A stretch of DNA of 64,000 nt, from NCBI RefSeq assembly GCF_963921235.1, contig NC_086108.1, forward strand, positions 8,556,001-8,620,000, in the 5' to 3' direction. The notes beneath the pieces are model-generated. The model saw only the letters and a program-made list of their open reading frames with translations. It was not told the origin of the DNA and did no database searches. Numbering within the stretch: position 1 is the first letter of the stretch; each line of letters opens with the position of its first letter. Positions 10,665 through 22,507 of the stretch are shown here, one piece after another. This DNA is from Mobula hypostoma. Lineage: Eukaryota. A program made the position numbers and the translations under genes.

Positions 10665-10985
10665 TCATCATCAAAAGCTTTTTATGTCGCTGGTGTTTAG
10701 GGCAGCAATGAATGTCTTTTGTCTCTGTTTGTCTTCGGCCATCTTCTCAGTGTTCAGGGCTCCCTTCGTCATGCCAGTAGCCTCCTCTCGGTTTTCACTA
10801 CTGTCAGTCATGCAAGTCCCGGGTGGAGACTCAGGAATACCGTCTCTACCCTCTGACCTGTTTGGCATGAGTGACCCTACCACGAGCCAAAGGATAAAGC
10901 CCTGACTCCAGCCAGCATAGCACTCCGGAACATTGAGGAATGCAAGTCTCCAAACCCTACGTCAAGGTGGTGATCCTCTTGGAGG
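10665..10985 (-). mobile_element. RTE (Rex3/Expander-like) non-autonomous element; second copy at 46381-46797
   Basis: Minus strand begins CCTCCAAGAGGA.CAC...GGGTTTGGAG...GCTATG.TGGCTGGAGTCAGGGCTTT...GGTAGGGTCAC.CATGCCAAACAGGTCA, like Expander/Rex3 5' UTRs; a short (GAT)n tail; no ORF. Confidence 0.55.
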
Positions 10986-12589
10986 AGAATCCCAATCAGA
11001 GAAACAAGTTTTAGGGAGCAACTCGGAGGAGTAAAGGGATGTCAGGTTCCAACAGTTGAAGGCATGAAAGTTGAAAGTAAATTTATTATCAAAGTACATA
11101 TTTGTCACAATATACAACCCTGAGATTTGTTTAATTGCAGGCATACCCAAATACGTAATGGAATAGTAACTATAACAGAATCAATGAAACCGGGCCATGC
11201 TCTCTTCTCACTGCTGCCATCAGGTAGAAGGTACAAGAGCCTCAGGACTCGCATCAGCAGGTTCAGGAACGGTTACTACCCCTCAACCATCAGGCTCCTG
11301 AATCAAAGGGGATAACTTCACTCAATCCTATTTCTGGTGTTCCCACAACCAATAATCTCACTTTAAGGACTCTATCTCATTATCTCATGTTCTCGTTATT
11401 TATTTATATTTGAATTTTCACAGTTTGTTGTCCATTGATCCTGTTTACAGTTACTATTCCATAGATTTGCTGAGTATGCCCACAGGAAAATGAATCTCAG
11501 GGTTGTATGTGGTGACATGTATGTACTCTGGTAATAAATTTTGCTTTGAACTTTGAAAGACTGAACCAACTAGGGTGTTCAATCAGAGTGCAGAAGACAA
11601 CAACTTGTGCAAATACAAAAAGACAGAAATAATTTCTCCAGTTATAGAGTTTAAGCTGGGTGTGAACAAGACACCAGAACAGGAAGATTTCAGAGGTCTT
11701 GTGGGTTATAGACCCGGAAGAGGTTTTGTACCAAGGAAAGGGTGAGGCATGATTTGTAAACAAAATTGTGAATTCTGTGGGAAACACTTTGTTTATTAAA
11801 GCCATAACGAGTGTAGTTATTGTTCTATGCATGCATAATCCACACCCAGAATCTGAGTTTGTATCCGAGGAAGCTTCGGGACATCACAATAGCACGGCAG
11901 TTAGTATAACTCTTTACAGCGACTCGGGTCCAATTCTGCCACTGTCTTCATTGAGCTTGTGTGTTCTCTCCATGATGGATGGCATTGTTCTCCTCTGGGT
12001 GCTCTGCTTTCCTCCCACATTCCAAAGACATACAGTGAGGGTTAATAAGTTGTGGGCATGCTATGTTGGCACGGTGACAGTTGGCAGGCTGTCCCTCAGG
12101 ACATCTCCAGACTGTGTTGATCATTGGTGCAAATGACGCATTTCACTGTATGTTTCGATGTGCATGTGACAAATAAAGCTAATTTTAATATTTTTAGCAA
12201 ATGCTGGAGGAACTCACTGCGTCAGGCAGCATCTATGGAGGGGAATAAACAGTTGACGTTTCCGGCCAAGACCCTTCAAGTATTTGCTGAATCTCTTGTG
12301 TTTATGACCTGTGCTCTGTATTGCTTTGACAGTGAGTGCACTGTGCCTTTCCCCTCTCTTTTCCTCCCTCCCATCTCCGTCCCCCCACCCCCCACTCCAT
12401 CTCTCCTCTCTTTTACCTTCCCTGAGATGTGCACAGAGCCAGGTGAAACTGTGGAAGAAGTGTCAAGTGATTTAGTCTGTCATTCAGTGATTAAATGCAG
12501 TGGTTGTCTGTCATGTCTGTTGACAGCCAGAAACTTGTGCAGGAAAGTTTTCAAAGTGGAAAAGCTTAGCACTGGGGCAGTTCCACTCT

Positions 12590-12982
12590 CTCTAGCTCGG
12601 ACGTCTGAGTCCACTGCTACGAACTGGGGTCTTCCCTGGTTGCAGTGGATGACTGTGACGTTGTCTGTGCCTCGTCGTGCCCTTCGCTCTCCACGGAGCA
12701 TTAAAGAACCAGCTTCCTGGTCATTGGATCTCGTCCACCCGGTCCGCCAGAGCTGACTTCACATGCTAGGACAGGCACGTGCTTATTTCACCAGGCTGCG
12801 AGTCCCACCAGCTACCCTCGCCTGGTTTAGCCTGCCGGTCGAGGCAGTGTACTGGGGTGCAGCCACTGTCGCAAGTGAACAGCTACTTGGAGCCATAGGT
12901 GAGAGCTGAGTGTGCTGTGGGGACCAAAAGTGAGTGTGCGGCCCAGGAATGGGCACAACGGGCCCCTTCACCAGAGGTGCTC
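12590..12982 (-). mobile_element. Probable RTE-derived non-autonomous element (5' UTR-like block plus short 3' end)
   Basis: Minus strand AGCACCTCTGGTGAAGGGG...CTCAGCTCTCACCT..GGCTCCAAGTAGCTG...GGCAGGCTAAACCAGG.GAGGGTAGC resembles RTE 5' regions; assignment is from memory of the family. Confidence 0.4.
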
Positions 12983-14885
12983 CCCGTCCCCGGACACCAA
13001 ATGTGATCATATCTGACCAGATTCTACCTCTGCCTATATTCACACCACCGCTATAGTGTACAGATCTCAAACAATGACGAGTCGGCATGCAGGAAGGAGA
13101 TCAAGAGCCTAATGTGATGTTCCCCTCAAGGGTTATTCCTTTAATGGAGAACACCTGTGTGTGACTTTGTTTAACGTTGGGAGGCTGATGCACGGTCAAC
13201 CCCCACTCAGTCCTTGACAGATCAGGGTCAGAGTCCAGTGGCCTGGAATGGAAGACGACTGGTGACCCTTCCCTGCCTCAGCCTTCTGCCCCCTTTACTG
13301 CTGCTGTGATGTGTCAACATCTTCTGCCGGCTCCACCGTTGGGATTCGCTGTTTGGAGCCACCGCCGTGGGGCTAAGATCTATAAGCATTGTTCTTGGGG
13401 TCTCAGGAAATCACAAGCCTCTGCACCACAGCAAGGTAACGATCCTGAGAGAACTGCGGTAGCCTGGTGCCCAGACAGCACCCTTCAATGACGGCCCCAG
13501 GAAGAAGCTGGCCACTTCCCTCAGGAGTGGGTCACACTACACGCACCCATCTTATCAATGGTGCTGGCGTGAAATGGGGAGAGCAAGCTCTGAGGTGCAA
13601 GAATCAGCAGAAACATGTACATGCCCTGGCCAAGCGAGGCTACCAGCACCTCCACTTCCCCAGAAAGCTAAGGGAACACTTTTTTTTTCAAAAGTGTTGC
13701 TTCCTCAGAAGTTTTTTTTTGTTTCTGGTAGATCACTTGAAGCTGAACACAAATATAGTTTCAGGCTTCAGAATTCAGGGAGTAGGTGGGTGAACACTGA
13801 GAGAGTGAAGGAAGTCAGTACAAGGTCCCCCTGTGGCCATTCCCCTCAGTAACAGCTATACCCTCTTGGCTACTGCTGAGGGAGATGACCCATCCGGGCA
13901 GGGCAGCAGCAGCCAGACCAATAGCACTGTGGTCGGCTCTGAGCCTTGGAAAGGTAGGGTGAAGTCAGGTGGAACAATAGTCATAGGGGACTCGGTAGTT
14001 AGGGGGACAGATAGGGGATTCTGCGGCAGTAAAACAGACACCAGGATAATGTGTTGCCTCCCAGGTGCTAGAGTCCAGGATGTCTCCGAGCAGTTGCAGA
14101 ATATGCTGGAAGGGGAGGGTGAGCAACCAGAGGTCGTGGGTACACGTTGGTACCAAAGACATAGGCAGGGGACGGGTAGAGGGCCTGCACGCAGTGAGTT
14201 TAGGGAGTTAGGAAGGAGACTGAAGAGTAGGACCTCCAAGGTGGTGATCTCCGGATTACGCCCAGTGCCACCAGCTAGTGAAGATCAGAGCAAGGAGATA
14301 GTGCAGATGAATGAGTGTCTGAGGAGATGGTGCAGGGGACAGGGTTTCAAGTTCCTGGATCATGGGAACCTTTCTGGGGAAGGGGTGACCTGCACAAGTG
14401 GGACGGGTTGCACCTGAACTGGAGGGGAGCCAATATCCTGGGAGATAGGTTTGCTAATGCTATTGGGGAGGGTTTAAACTAGATTTGCAGGGGGGTGAGA
14501 ACTGAAGTGAAGAGGCAGAGGATGGTGTGGTTGACTCACAAGTAGAGACAGTTTGAAGGGAGTTTGTGAGGAAGGACAGGCAGATGATAGAGCAAAGGTA
14601 CACTCAGCCAGATGGTTTGAGATGTGTCTATTTTAATGCAAGGAGTATCATAAGCAAGGTGGGTGAACTTAGAGCATCGATCAATATGTGGAACTATGAT
14701 ATGGCCATTACAGAGACTTGGAATAGCTGCTGAGTGTGTTGGGCTTTAGATGTTTCAAAAAAAGAACAGGGAGGGAGGCAAAAGAGGTGGGGGAGTAGCA
14801 TTGCTAATCAGGGATAGTATCATGGCTACAGAAAAGGAGGAAGTAATGGAGGGATTGTGAGAAACAGGAAGGATACAATAACTCT

Positions 14886-15108
14886 CGCAAATACGAGGAA
14901 TTCTGCAGATGCTGGAAATTCAAGCAACACACATCAAAGTTGCTGGTGAACGCAGCAGGCCAGGCAGCATCTCTAGGAAGAGGTACAGTCTACGTTTTGG
15001 GCCGAGGCCCTTTGTCTGATGAAGGGTCTCGGCCCGAAACGTCGACTGTACCTCTTCCTAGAGATGCTGCCTGGCCTGCTGCGTTCACCAGCAACTTTTA
15101 TGTGTGTT
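14886..15108. mobile_element. Tail-to-tail inverted PLE terminal insertion inside the CR1 endonuclease region
   Basis: 14-bp TSD GATACAATAACTCT at 14872-14885 and 15109-15122; the insert is a hairpin of two opposite PLE tails meeting near 15015. Confidence 0.9.
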
Positions 15109-16092
15109 GATACAATAACTCTACTGGGTTTTTTATAGACTCCCCCCAATAGTAACAGAGACATCGAGGAGCAGGTAGGGAGGCAGATTCTGGAAAGGTG
15201 CAATAATAATAGGGTTGTTGTGATGGGTGATTTTAACTTTCCTAATATTGACTGGGATCTCCTTAGAGCAAAGGGTTTGGATGGGGTGGAGTTTGTTAGG
15301 TGTGTTCAGGAAGATTTCCTAACGCAATATGTAGGTAAGCCAACTAGAGGAGAGGCTGTAGTTGATCTGATATTGGGAAATGAACCTGGTCAGGTGTCAG
15401 GTCTCTCAGTGGGAGAGCATTTTGGAGATAGCGATCACAACTCTATCTCCTTCACTGTAGTGCTGGAGAGGGATAGGAGCAGAAAATTTGGGAAAACATT
15501 TAATTGGGATGGGGGGAAATATGATCCTATTGGGTAGGAACTTGGGAACATAACTTGGGGGTAGATGTTCTCTGGGAAATGCATGGCAGAAAAGTAGAAA
15601 ATGTTCAGGGAATATTTGCAATGTTCCATTGAGGCAGGGGAAGGATGGTAGGGGTAAAAGAGCCAAGGTTACAAAGGATCAAGAAAATCTAATTAAGAAC
15701 AAAAGAAAAGCTTACAAAAGGTTCAAGACGCTAGGTACTGTTAGAGCTCTAGGAAATTACAAGGGTGCCAGGAAGGAGCACAAGAATGAAATTAGGGGAG
15801 CTAGACGGGGACCTGCGCAGGCCTTGGTGAGCAAGATTCAGGAAAACCCCAAGGCATTGCAGAAGTATGTGAAGGGCAGGAGGATAAGTCATGTTAGAAT
15901 AGAACCAGTCGGGAGTAAGAGTGGAAACATGCTGGAGCCGGAGGAGGTAGCGGAGGTTACTTAATGAATACTTTGCTGCAGTATTTACCAGTGAAAAGGA
16001 ATAGTGGGGATGACTTAAAGCAGACTGAAACACTTGAGTGTGTAGACATTAAGAAAGAGGATGTGCTGGAGCTTTTGAAAAGCATTAAGATG

Positions 16093-17718
16093 CAGTGGAA
16101 TGCAAAAGTTTAAGCACCCCTGGTCTAAATTTCTGTAACTGTGAATAGCTAAGCGAGCAAAAGATGAACTGATTTCCAAAAGGCATAAGGTTAAAGATGA
16201 CACATTTCTTTAATATGTTAAGCAAGAAAACTTTTTTATTTCCATCTTTTACAGTTTCAAAATAATAAAAAAGGAAAAGGGCCTGAAGCAAAAGTTTGAG
16301 CACCTTGCATGGTCAGTACTTAGCAACACCCCCTTTGGCAAGTATCACAGCTTGTAAACGCTTTCTGCAGCCAGCTAGGATTCTTTCAATTCTTGTTTGG
16401 GGGATTTTCGCCCATTCTTCCTTGCAAAAGGCTTCTAGTTCTGTGAGATTCTTGGGCTGTCTTGTATGCACTTCTCTTTTGAGGTCTATCCACAGATTCT
16501 CGATGATGTTTAGGTCAGGGGACTGTGAGGGCCATGGCAAAACCTTCAGTTTGCGTCTCTTGAGGTAGTCCATTGTGGATTTTGAGGTGTGTTTAGGTTC
16601 ATTATCCTGTTGTAGAAGCCATCCTTTTTTTATCTTCGACTTTTTTTTTACAGATGGTGTGATGTTTGCTTCCAGAATTTGCTGGTACTTAATTGAATTC
16701 ATTCTTCCCTCTACCAGTGAAATGTTCCCTGTGCCACTGGCTGCAACACAAGCCCAAAACATGATCGATCCACCCCTGTGCTTAACAGTTGGAGAGGTGT
16801 TCTTTTCATAAAATTCTGCACCCTTTTTTCTCAAAACATACCTTTGCTCATTGTGGCCAAAAAGTTCTATTCAGAAGGTTCAAAGGAACATCTAAACAAG
16901 CTTGATGCATTTTGGAAACAAGTCCTGTGGACTGATGAAGTTAAAATAGAACTTTTTGGCCACAATGAGCAAAGGTATGTTTGGAGAAAAAAGGGTGCAG
17001 AATTTCATGAAAGGAACACCTCTCCAACTGTTAAGCACGGGAGTGGATCGATCATGCTTTGGGCTTGTGTTGCAGCCTGTGGCACGGGGAACATTTCACT
17101 GGTAGAGGGAAGAATGAATTCAATTAAATACCAGCAAATTCTGGAAGTAAACATCACACCGACTGTAAATAAAAAAGCTGAAGATGAAAAGAGGATGGAT
17201 CCTACAACAGGATAATGATCCTAAACACACCTCAAAATCCACAATGGACTACCTCAAGAGGTGCAAGCTGAAGGTTTTGCCATGGCCCTCACAATCCCCT
17301 GACCTAAACATCATTGAGAATCTGTGGATAGACCTCAAAAGAGCAGTGCATGCAAGGCAGCCCAAGAATCTCACAGAACTAGAAGCCTTTTGCAAAGAAG
17401 AATGGGAGAAAATCCCCCAAACAAGAACTGAAAGACTCTTAGCTGGCTACAGAGAGCATTTACAAGCTGTGATACTTGCCCAAGGGGGTGTTACTAAGTA
17501 CTGCCATGCATTGTGCCCAAACCTTTGCTTTGGGCCCTTTTCCTTTTTTGTTATTTTGAAACTGTAAAAGATGGAAATAACAAAATTTTCTTAAAGTATT
17601 AAAGAAATGTGTCATCTTTAACTTTATGCCTTTTGGAAATCAGGTCATCTTTTACTCGCTTAGCTATTCACAGTAACAGAAATTTTGACCAGGGGTGCTC
17701 AAACTTTTGCATGCCACT
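16093..17718. mobile_element. Tc1 (DD34E, IR/DR type) foldback derivative made of two inverted 3' halves of the transposon
   Basis: Ends CAGTGGAATGCAAAAGTTT ... AAACTTTTGCATGCCACT(TA); internal DR GCAAAAGTTTGAGCACC near 16288; transposase pieces on minus (16313-16870) and plus (16880-17500) strands with WTDE, QQDND and SPDLNIIE, 34 residues between the second D and E. Confidence 0.92.
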
Positions 17719-19258
17719 TAAGTCAAATCGCCAGGACCGGATGAGATATACCCCAGGTTACTGTGGGAAGTGAGGGAGGAAATTACTGAGCCTCTGACGA
17801 TGATCTTTGCCTCATCAATATAAATGGGAGAAGTACCAGAAGGTTGGAAGTTTGCAAACGTTGTTCCCTTGTTCAAGATAGGAAGTAGAGATAACCCAGG
17901 AAATTATAGATCAGTGAGTCTTACTTCAGTAGTGGACAAGATCCTGAGAGGCAGGATTTATGAGCATTTGGAGAGAGATAACCTGATTAGGGATAGTTAG
18001 CATGGCTTTGTCAAGGGCAGGTCATGCCTTACGAGACTGATTGAATTCTTTGAGGATGTAACAAAACACATTGAATTGAATTGTATTTATTTCTTACATC
18101 CTTCACATACACGAGGAGCAAATATTTTTGTTACGTCTCCATCTAAATGTGAAATGTGTAATCATAGTGATTTATAATTATAATAAATAGAACAGTCAAT
18201 ATAACAATATAGAGACACTATGATTGGAGGCATTGTGGACAGCGAGGAAGGCTTTCAAAGCTTTGCAGAGGGATCTGGACCAACTGGAAAAATGGGCCAG
18301 AAAATAGCAGATGGAATTTAATGCAGACAAGTGCGAGGGGTTGCATTTTGGAAGTACAAATCAAGGTAGGACTTACACAATAAATAGTAGGGCACTGAAG
18401 AGCATGGAGGAACAAAGGGATCTGGGAGTTCAGATACATAATTCCCTGAAAGTGGCGTCACAGGTAGACAGGGTTGTAAAGAAGGCTTTTGGCATCCTGG
18501 CTTTCATAAATCAAAGTATTGAGTATAGGAGTTGGGATGTTATGGGGAGGTTGTATAAGACATTTGTGAGGCCAAATTTGGAGTATTGTGTACAGTTCTG
18601 GTCACCTAACTATAGGAAGGATATCAATAAGATTGAAAGAGTGCAGAGAAGATTTACTAGGATGTTGCCGGGTCTTCAGGAGTTGAGTTACAGGGAAAGA
18701 TTGAACAGGTTAGGGCTTTATTCCTTGGAGCGTAGAAGAATGAGGGGAGATTTGATAGAGGTTTACAAAATTATGAGGGATATAGACAGAGTAAATGTGA
18801 ATAGGCTCTTTCCACTTAGGAGAGATAAATACGAGAGGACATGGCTTTAGGGTGAAAGGGGAAAGGTTAGGGGGAACATTAGGGAGAACTTCACTCAGAA
18901 AGTGGTGGGAGTGTGGAACAAGCTGCCATCTGACGTGGTAAATGTGGGCTCACTCTTAAATTTCAAGAATAAATTGGGTAGATACAAAGGTGGGAGAGGT
19001 TTGGAGGCTTATGGACTGGATGCAGGTCAATGGCACTAGCGGAATAATGTTTCGGCACAGACTAGAAGGGCCAAATGGCCTGTTTTCTGTGCTGTAGTGT
19101 TCTATGGTTCTAGAGTACACTCAGATCAGTGTGAGTTCATCAGTCTGATGGCCTGGTAGAAGAAACTGTCCTGGAGCTTGTTGGTCCTGGCTTTAATGTT
19201 GCAGTACTGCTTCCCGGACGGTAGCAGCTGGAATAGATTGTGGTTATGGTGACTTAAA

Positions 19259-19800
19259 AACATAGAAACATAGAAAATAGGTGCAGGAGTAGGCCATTCG
19301 GCCCTTCGAGCCTGCACCGCCATTCAGTATGATCATGGCTGATCATCCAACTCAGAACCCTGTACCTGCCTTCTCTCCATACCCCCTGATTCCTTTAGCC
19401 ACAAGGGCCATATCTAACTCCCTCTTAAATATAGCCAATGAACTGGCCTCAAATGTTTCCTGTGGCAGAGAATTCCACAGATTCACCACTCTCTGTGTGA
19501 AGAAGTTTTTCCTCATCTCAGTCCTAAAAGGCTTCCCCTTTATCCTCAAACTGTGACCCCTCGTTTTGGGCTTCCCCAACATTGGGAACAACCTTCCTGC
19601 ATCTAGCCTGTCCAATCCCTTTAGGATTTTATACGTTTCAATCAGATCCCCCCTCAATCTTCTAAATTCCAGAGAGTACAAGCCTAGTCGATCCAGTCTT
19701 TCATCATATGAAAGTCCTGCCATCCCAGGAATTAATCTAGTGAACCTTCTTTGTACTCCCTCTATGGCAAGAATGTCTTTCCTCAGATTAGGGGATCAAA
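19259..19800 (-). mobile_element. CR1 LINE 3' end (little decayed)
   Basis: ORF 19352-19723 ...LGLYSLEFRRLRGDLIETYKILKGLD...FFTQRVVNLWNSLP; (CATAGAAA)2 tail. Confidence 0.9.
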
Positions 19801-19804
19801 TAAG

Positions 19805-21530
19805 ATTAAGATGCATGGAATCTGCGGCAAATTGACTGCTTGGACTCCGAACTGGCTTGTGCAAAGAGGACAGGGTAGTGAGTGGAGGGACTTACTCACA
19901 CTGGAGGTCTATAATTAGTGGAGTTCCGCAAAGTCTGTGTTGGGAACTCTGATGTTTGTGATGTATATAAATGACCTGGATGAAAATGTAGGTGGGTGGG
20001 TTAGTAAATTTATGGATAACAGCAAGATTGGTGCAGTTGTGGATAGCGTAGAAGACTGGCAAAGAACACAGCACAATATCGATCAGTATCTATATGGACC
20101 ACAACTCTGGCTGCTTACCCTCCCACTTAAAAATGTTGAGAGCTCTGTCTGAGATGCCTTGGATTCCAGCACCTGGGATGCCACATACCATCCCGGAATC
20201 TCGTTCTCATCCACAGAACTTCCTTTCTGTTCGCCTAACTAATGAATCCCCTTGAACCACAGCTCGCCTCTTGTCCCCCGCTTTCCTTCTGAGCCACAGA
20301 GCCTGGAGACTGGACTGCTGTGACTTTTCTCTGCCATGCCATCCCCCTCAACAGTATCCAAAGTGAATTACCTGTTGTTGAGGGGGATGGCCACAGGGGT
20401 ACTCTGCATTGGCTGTTCACCCTCCTGACTCTCACCCAGTTTCCTGTGTTGTTTTACCTTGGGTGTAACAACCTCTCCATACACCCTGTCTATCACCCCC
20501 TCAGCCTCCTGAATTATCCAGAATTCATCCAGTTCCAGCTCCAACTCCCTAACATGGAGTGTTAGAAGCTGCAGCTGGATGCACTTCTTGCAGTTATAGT
20601 TGTCAGGGACACTGGAGGTCTCCTTGCTTAACCACATACTGCAAGAAAACCATCCAAATATCCTGCCTGTTATCTTGACTGCTCTATGCTTCTGTTGGTT
20701 TTTTAAAAAGCTTCCCAATCCTCTAACTTCCCATTCATTTTTGCTATATTATATATCCTCTCTTGCTTTATGCTGTCGCTGACTTCTTTTGACAGCCATG
20801 GTTTCCTCACCCTCCCTTTAGAATATTTCTTCATCTTTAGGATGTATCGATTCTGCACATTCCCAATTACCCTGGATCACCAGCAACTGCTGTTCTGCTA
20901 TCATCTCCGCCAGTATCCCCTTCCAATCGACTTTGGCCAGCTCCTCTCTCATGCCTCTGTAATTCCCTTTACTCCACTGTAATAATGATGCATCTGACTT
21001 CATCTTCTCCTCAAACTGCAGGATGAATTGTATCATATGATGACGACGATCTCCGAAGGGTTCCTTTGCTTTCTGCTCCCGAATCAAATCTGCTTCATTA
21101 TACAACACCCAATCCAGAGTTGCTTTTCTCTTAGTGGGCCCAACGACAAGCTGCTCTAAAATGCCATCTTGTAGATATTCTACAAATTCCCTTTGGTGGG
21201 TTCCAGCAACAACTTGATTTTCCCAATGTACCTGCATATTGAAATACACCATTGCTATCGTAATATTGTCCTTATTACATGCCTTTTCTATTACCTGTTG
21301 AAATTTCTATCCCACTTCCTGTCTACTGTTTGGCAGCCTGTACATAACCCCCGACAGAGTCTTTTTACCTTGCAGGTCCTTAACTCTACCCACAAGGATT
21401 CAACATTTTCCATTCCTATGTCACCTCTCTCTCTGGCTTTGATTTCAGTTTTTTACCAACAGAGCCTCCCCTACCCCTCTGCCTACCAGCCTGTCCTTTT
21501 GATAAAATGTGTTTCCTTGATTGTTCAAAT
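19805..21530. mobile_element. Mixed CR1 fragments: plus-strand RT piece (19805-20090), minus-strand ORF1 zinc-finger/esterase and endonuclease pieces (20090-21530)
   Basis: SGVPQ..LG...MYINDLDE..SKF.D.SKIG on plus; CSMW...YNCKKCIQLQLL and ATLDWVL.NE.DLI on minus. Confidence 0.75.
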
Positions 21531-22070
21531 GCTCTAAGGTCAAATTTAACATCAGAGAAATGTATGCAATATACATTCTGAAATGCTGCTTCTTCACAAA
21601 CATCCACGAAAACTGAGAATGCCCCAAAGAATGAACAACAGTTAATCGTGAGAACCCCAAAGTCCCCCCCAGCTCCCCCCTCCCGCGCGTAAGCAGCAGC
21701 GAGCAACAATCCCCCCTCCCCCCACCAGCAAAAGAAAACGTGCATTGGTACCATCACCGAGTCCAAGCGTGTGCTAAGCAACAGGAAAGACACAGACCAA
21801 AGTTACTCCAAAGGCTTTGCATTTCATCCGACATTTGACAAACCGAAGGTTCTCTCTCTCCCTGGCAAGGGAGAGGGAAACATAACAACAACCCGCTGGT
21901 TTACGATATTAGAAGTCCGTTTTGTCACTTTTTTCGAGCTCGATGTCTGAAGATCACAAAGAACTCGGGTCTTTGGGCCCACAGCAAAAGATTTTCAGGC
22001 CTCCCTGACGACACATAAGCCTCCTGCCACGATATCGACCCCTCAATCCGCCCATCTCCAGAGCCCCGAG
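21530..22070 (-). repeat. LINE 3' UTR-like interspersed repeat; also at 3540-3780 (+), 43870-44285 (-) and 57380-57990 (-)
   Basis: Shared block CAGAGAAATGTAT.CAATATACAT.CTGA.ATGCT..TTCTTC.CAAACATCCACGAAAA...CCAAAGAATGAA. Confidence 0.7.
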
Positions 22071-22071
22071 A

Positions 22072-22507
22072 CTTGGGTCCCTAATGATCCTACGGGCCCT
22101 TTTTACGTACCTGTCCTTGTAAATGTGCTGAATCATGGAAAGTTCACAACTACAGATGTGCTGGGCTGTCCGCACCACTCTCTGTCCTGTGATTAAGGGA
22201 GGTACAGTTCCCATATCAGGCAGTGATGCAGCCAGTCAGGATGCTCTCAATTGATCCTCTGTAGAAAGTTCTCAGGATTTGGGGGCCCATACCAAACAAC
22301 TTCAACCATCTGAGGTGAAAGAGGCACTGTTGTGCCTTTTTCACCACACAGCTGGTGTGTACAGACCATTTGAGATCCTCAGTGATGTGAATGCCAAGGA
22401 ACTTAAAGCTGTTCACCCTCTCAACCCTGGATCCATTGATATCAATAGAGGTTAGCCTGTCTCCATTCCTCCTGTAGTCCACAACCAGCTCCTTTGTTTT
22501 GCGACAT
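22072..22507 (-). mobile_element. Rex1/Babar LINE RT 3' fragment
   Basis: KTKELVVDYRR...VERVNSFKFLGIHITEDLKWS...KKAQQCLFHLR...FYRGSIESILTGCIT. Confidence 0.85.

Larger units (their letters stand above)
13790..19112 (+). mobile_element. Long decayed CR1 LINE (ORF1 SGNH-esterase, ORF2 APE endonuclease and RT) with nested insertions; possibly two abutting copies
   Basis: ORF1 IVIGDSVVRG...CCLPGARVQDV (13833-14417); endonuclease MGDFNFPNIDW...DLILGNEPG...GDSDHN (15220-15537); KSPGPDEIYP near 17726; RT 3' part at 18311-18850; TTCTATGGTTCTA tail near 19100-19112. Confidence 0.9.

Noticed and set aside
12124..12756. 210-aa ORF, and similar ORFs at 41795-42436, 44530-45141 and 48182-48754
   Set aside because: They run across unrelated repeats or low-complexity sequence and show no domain signature.
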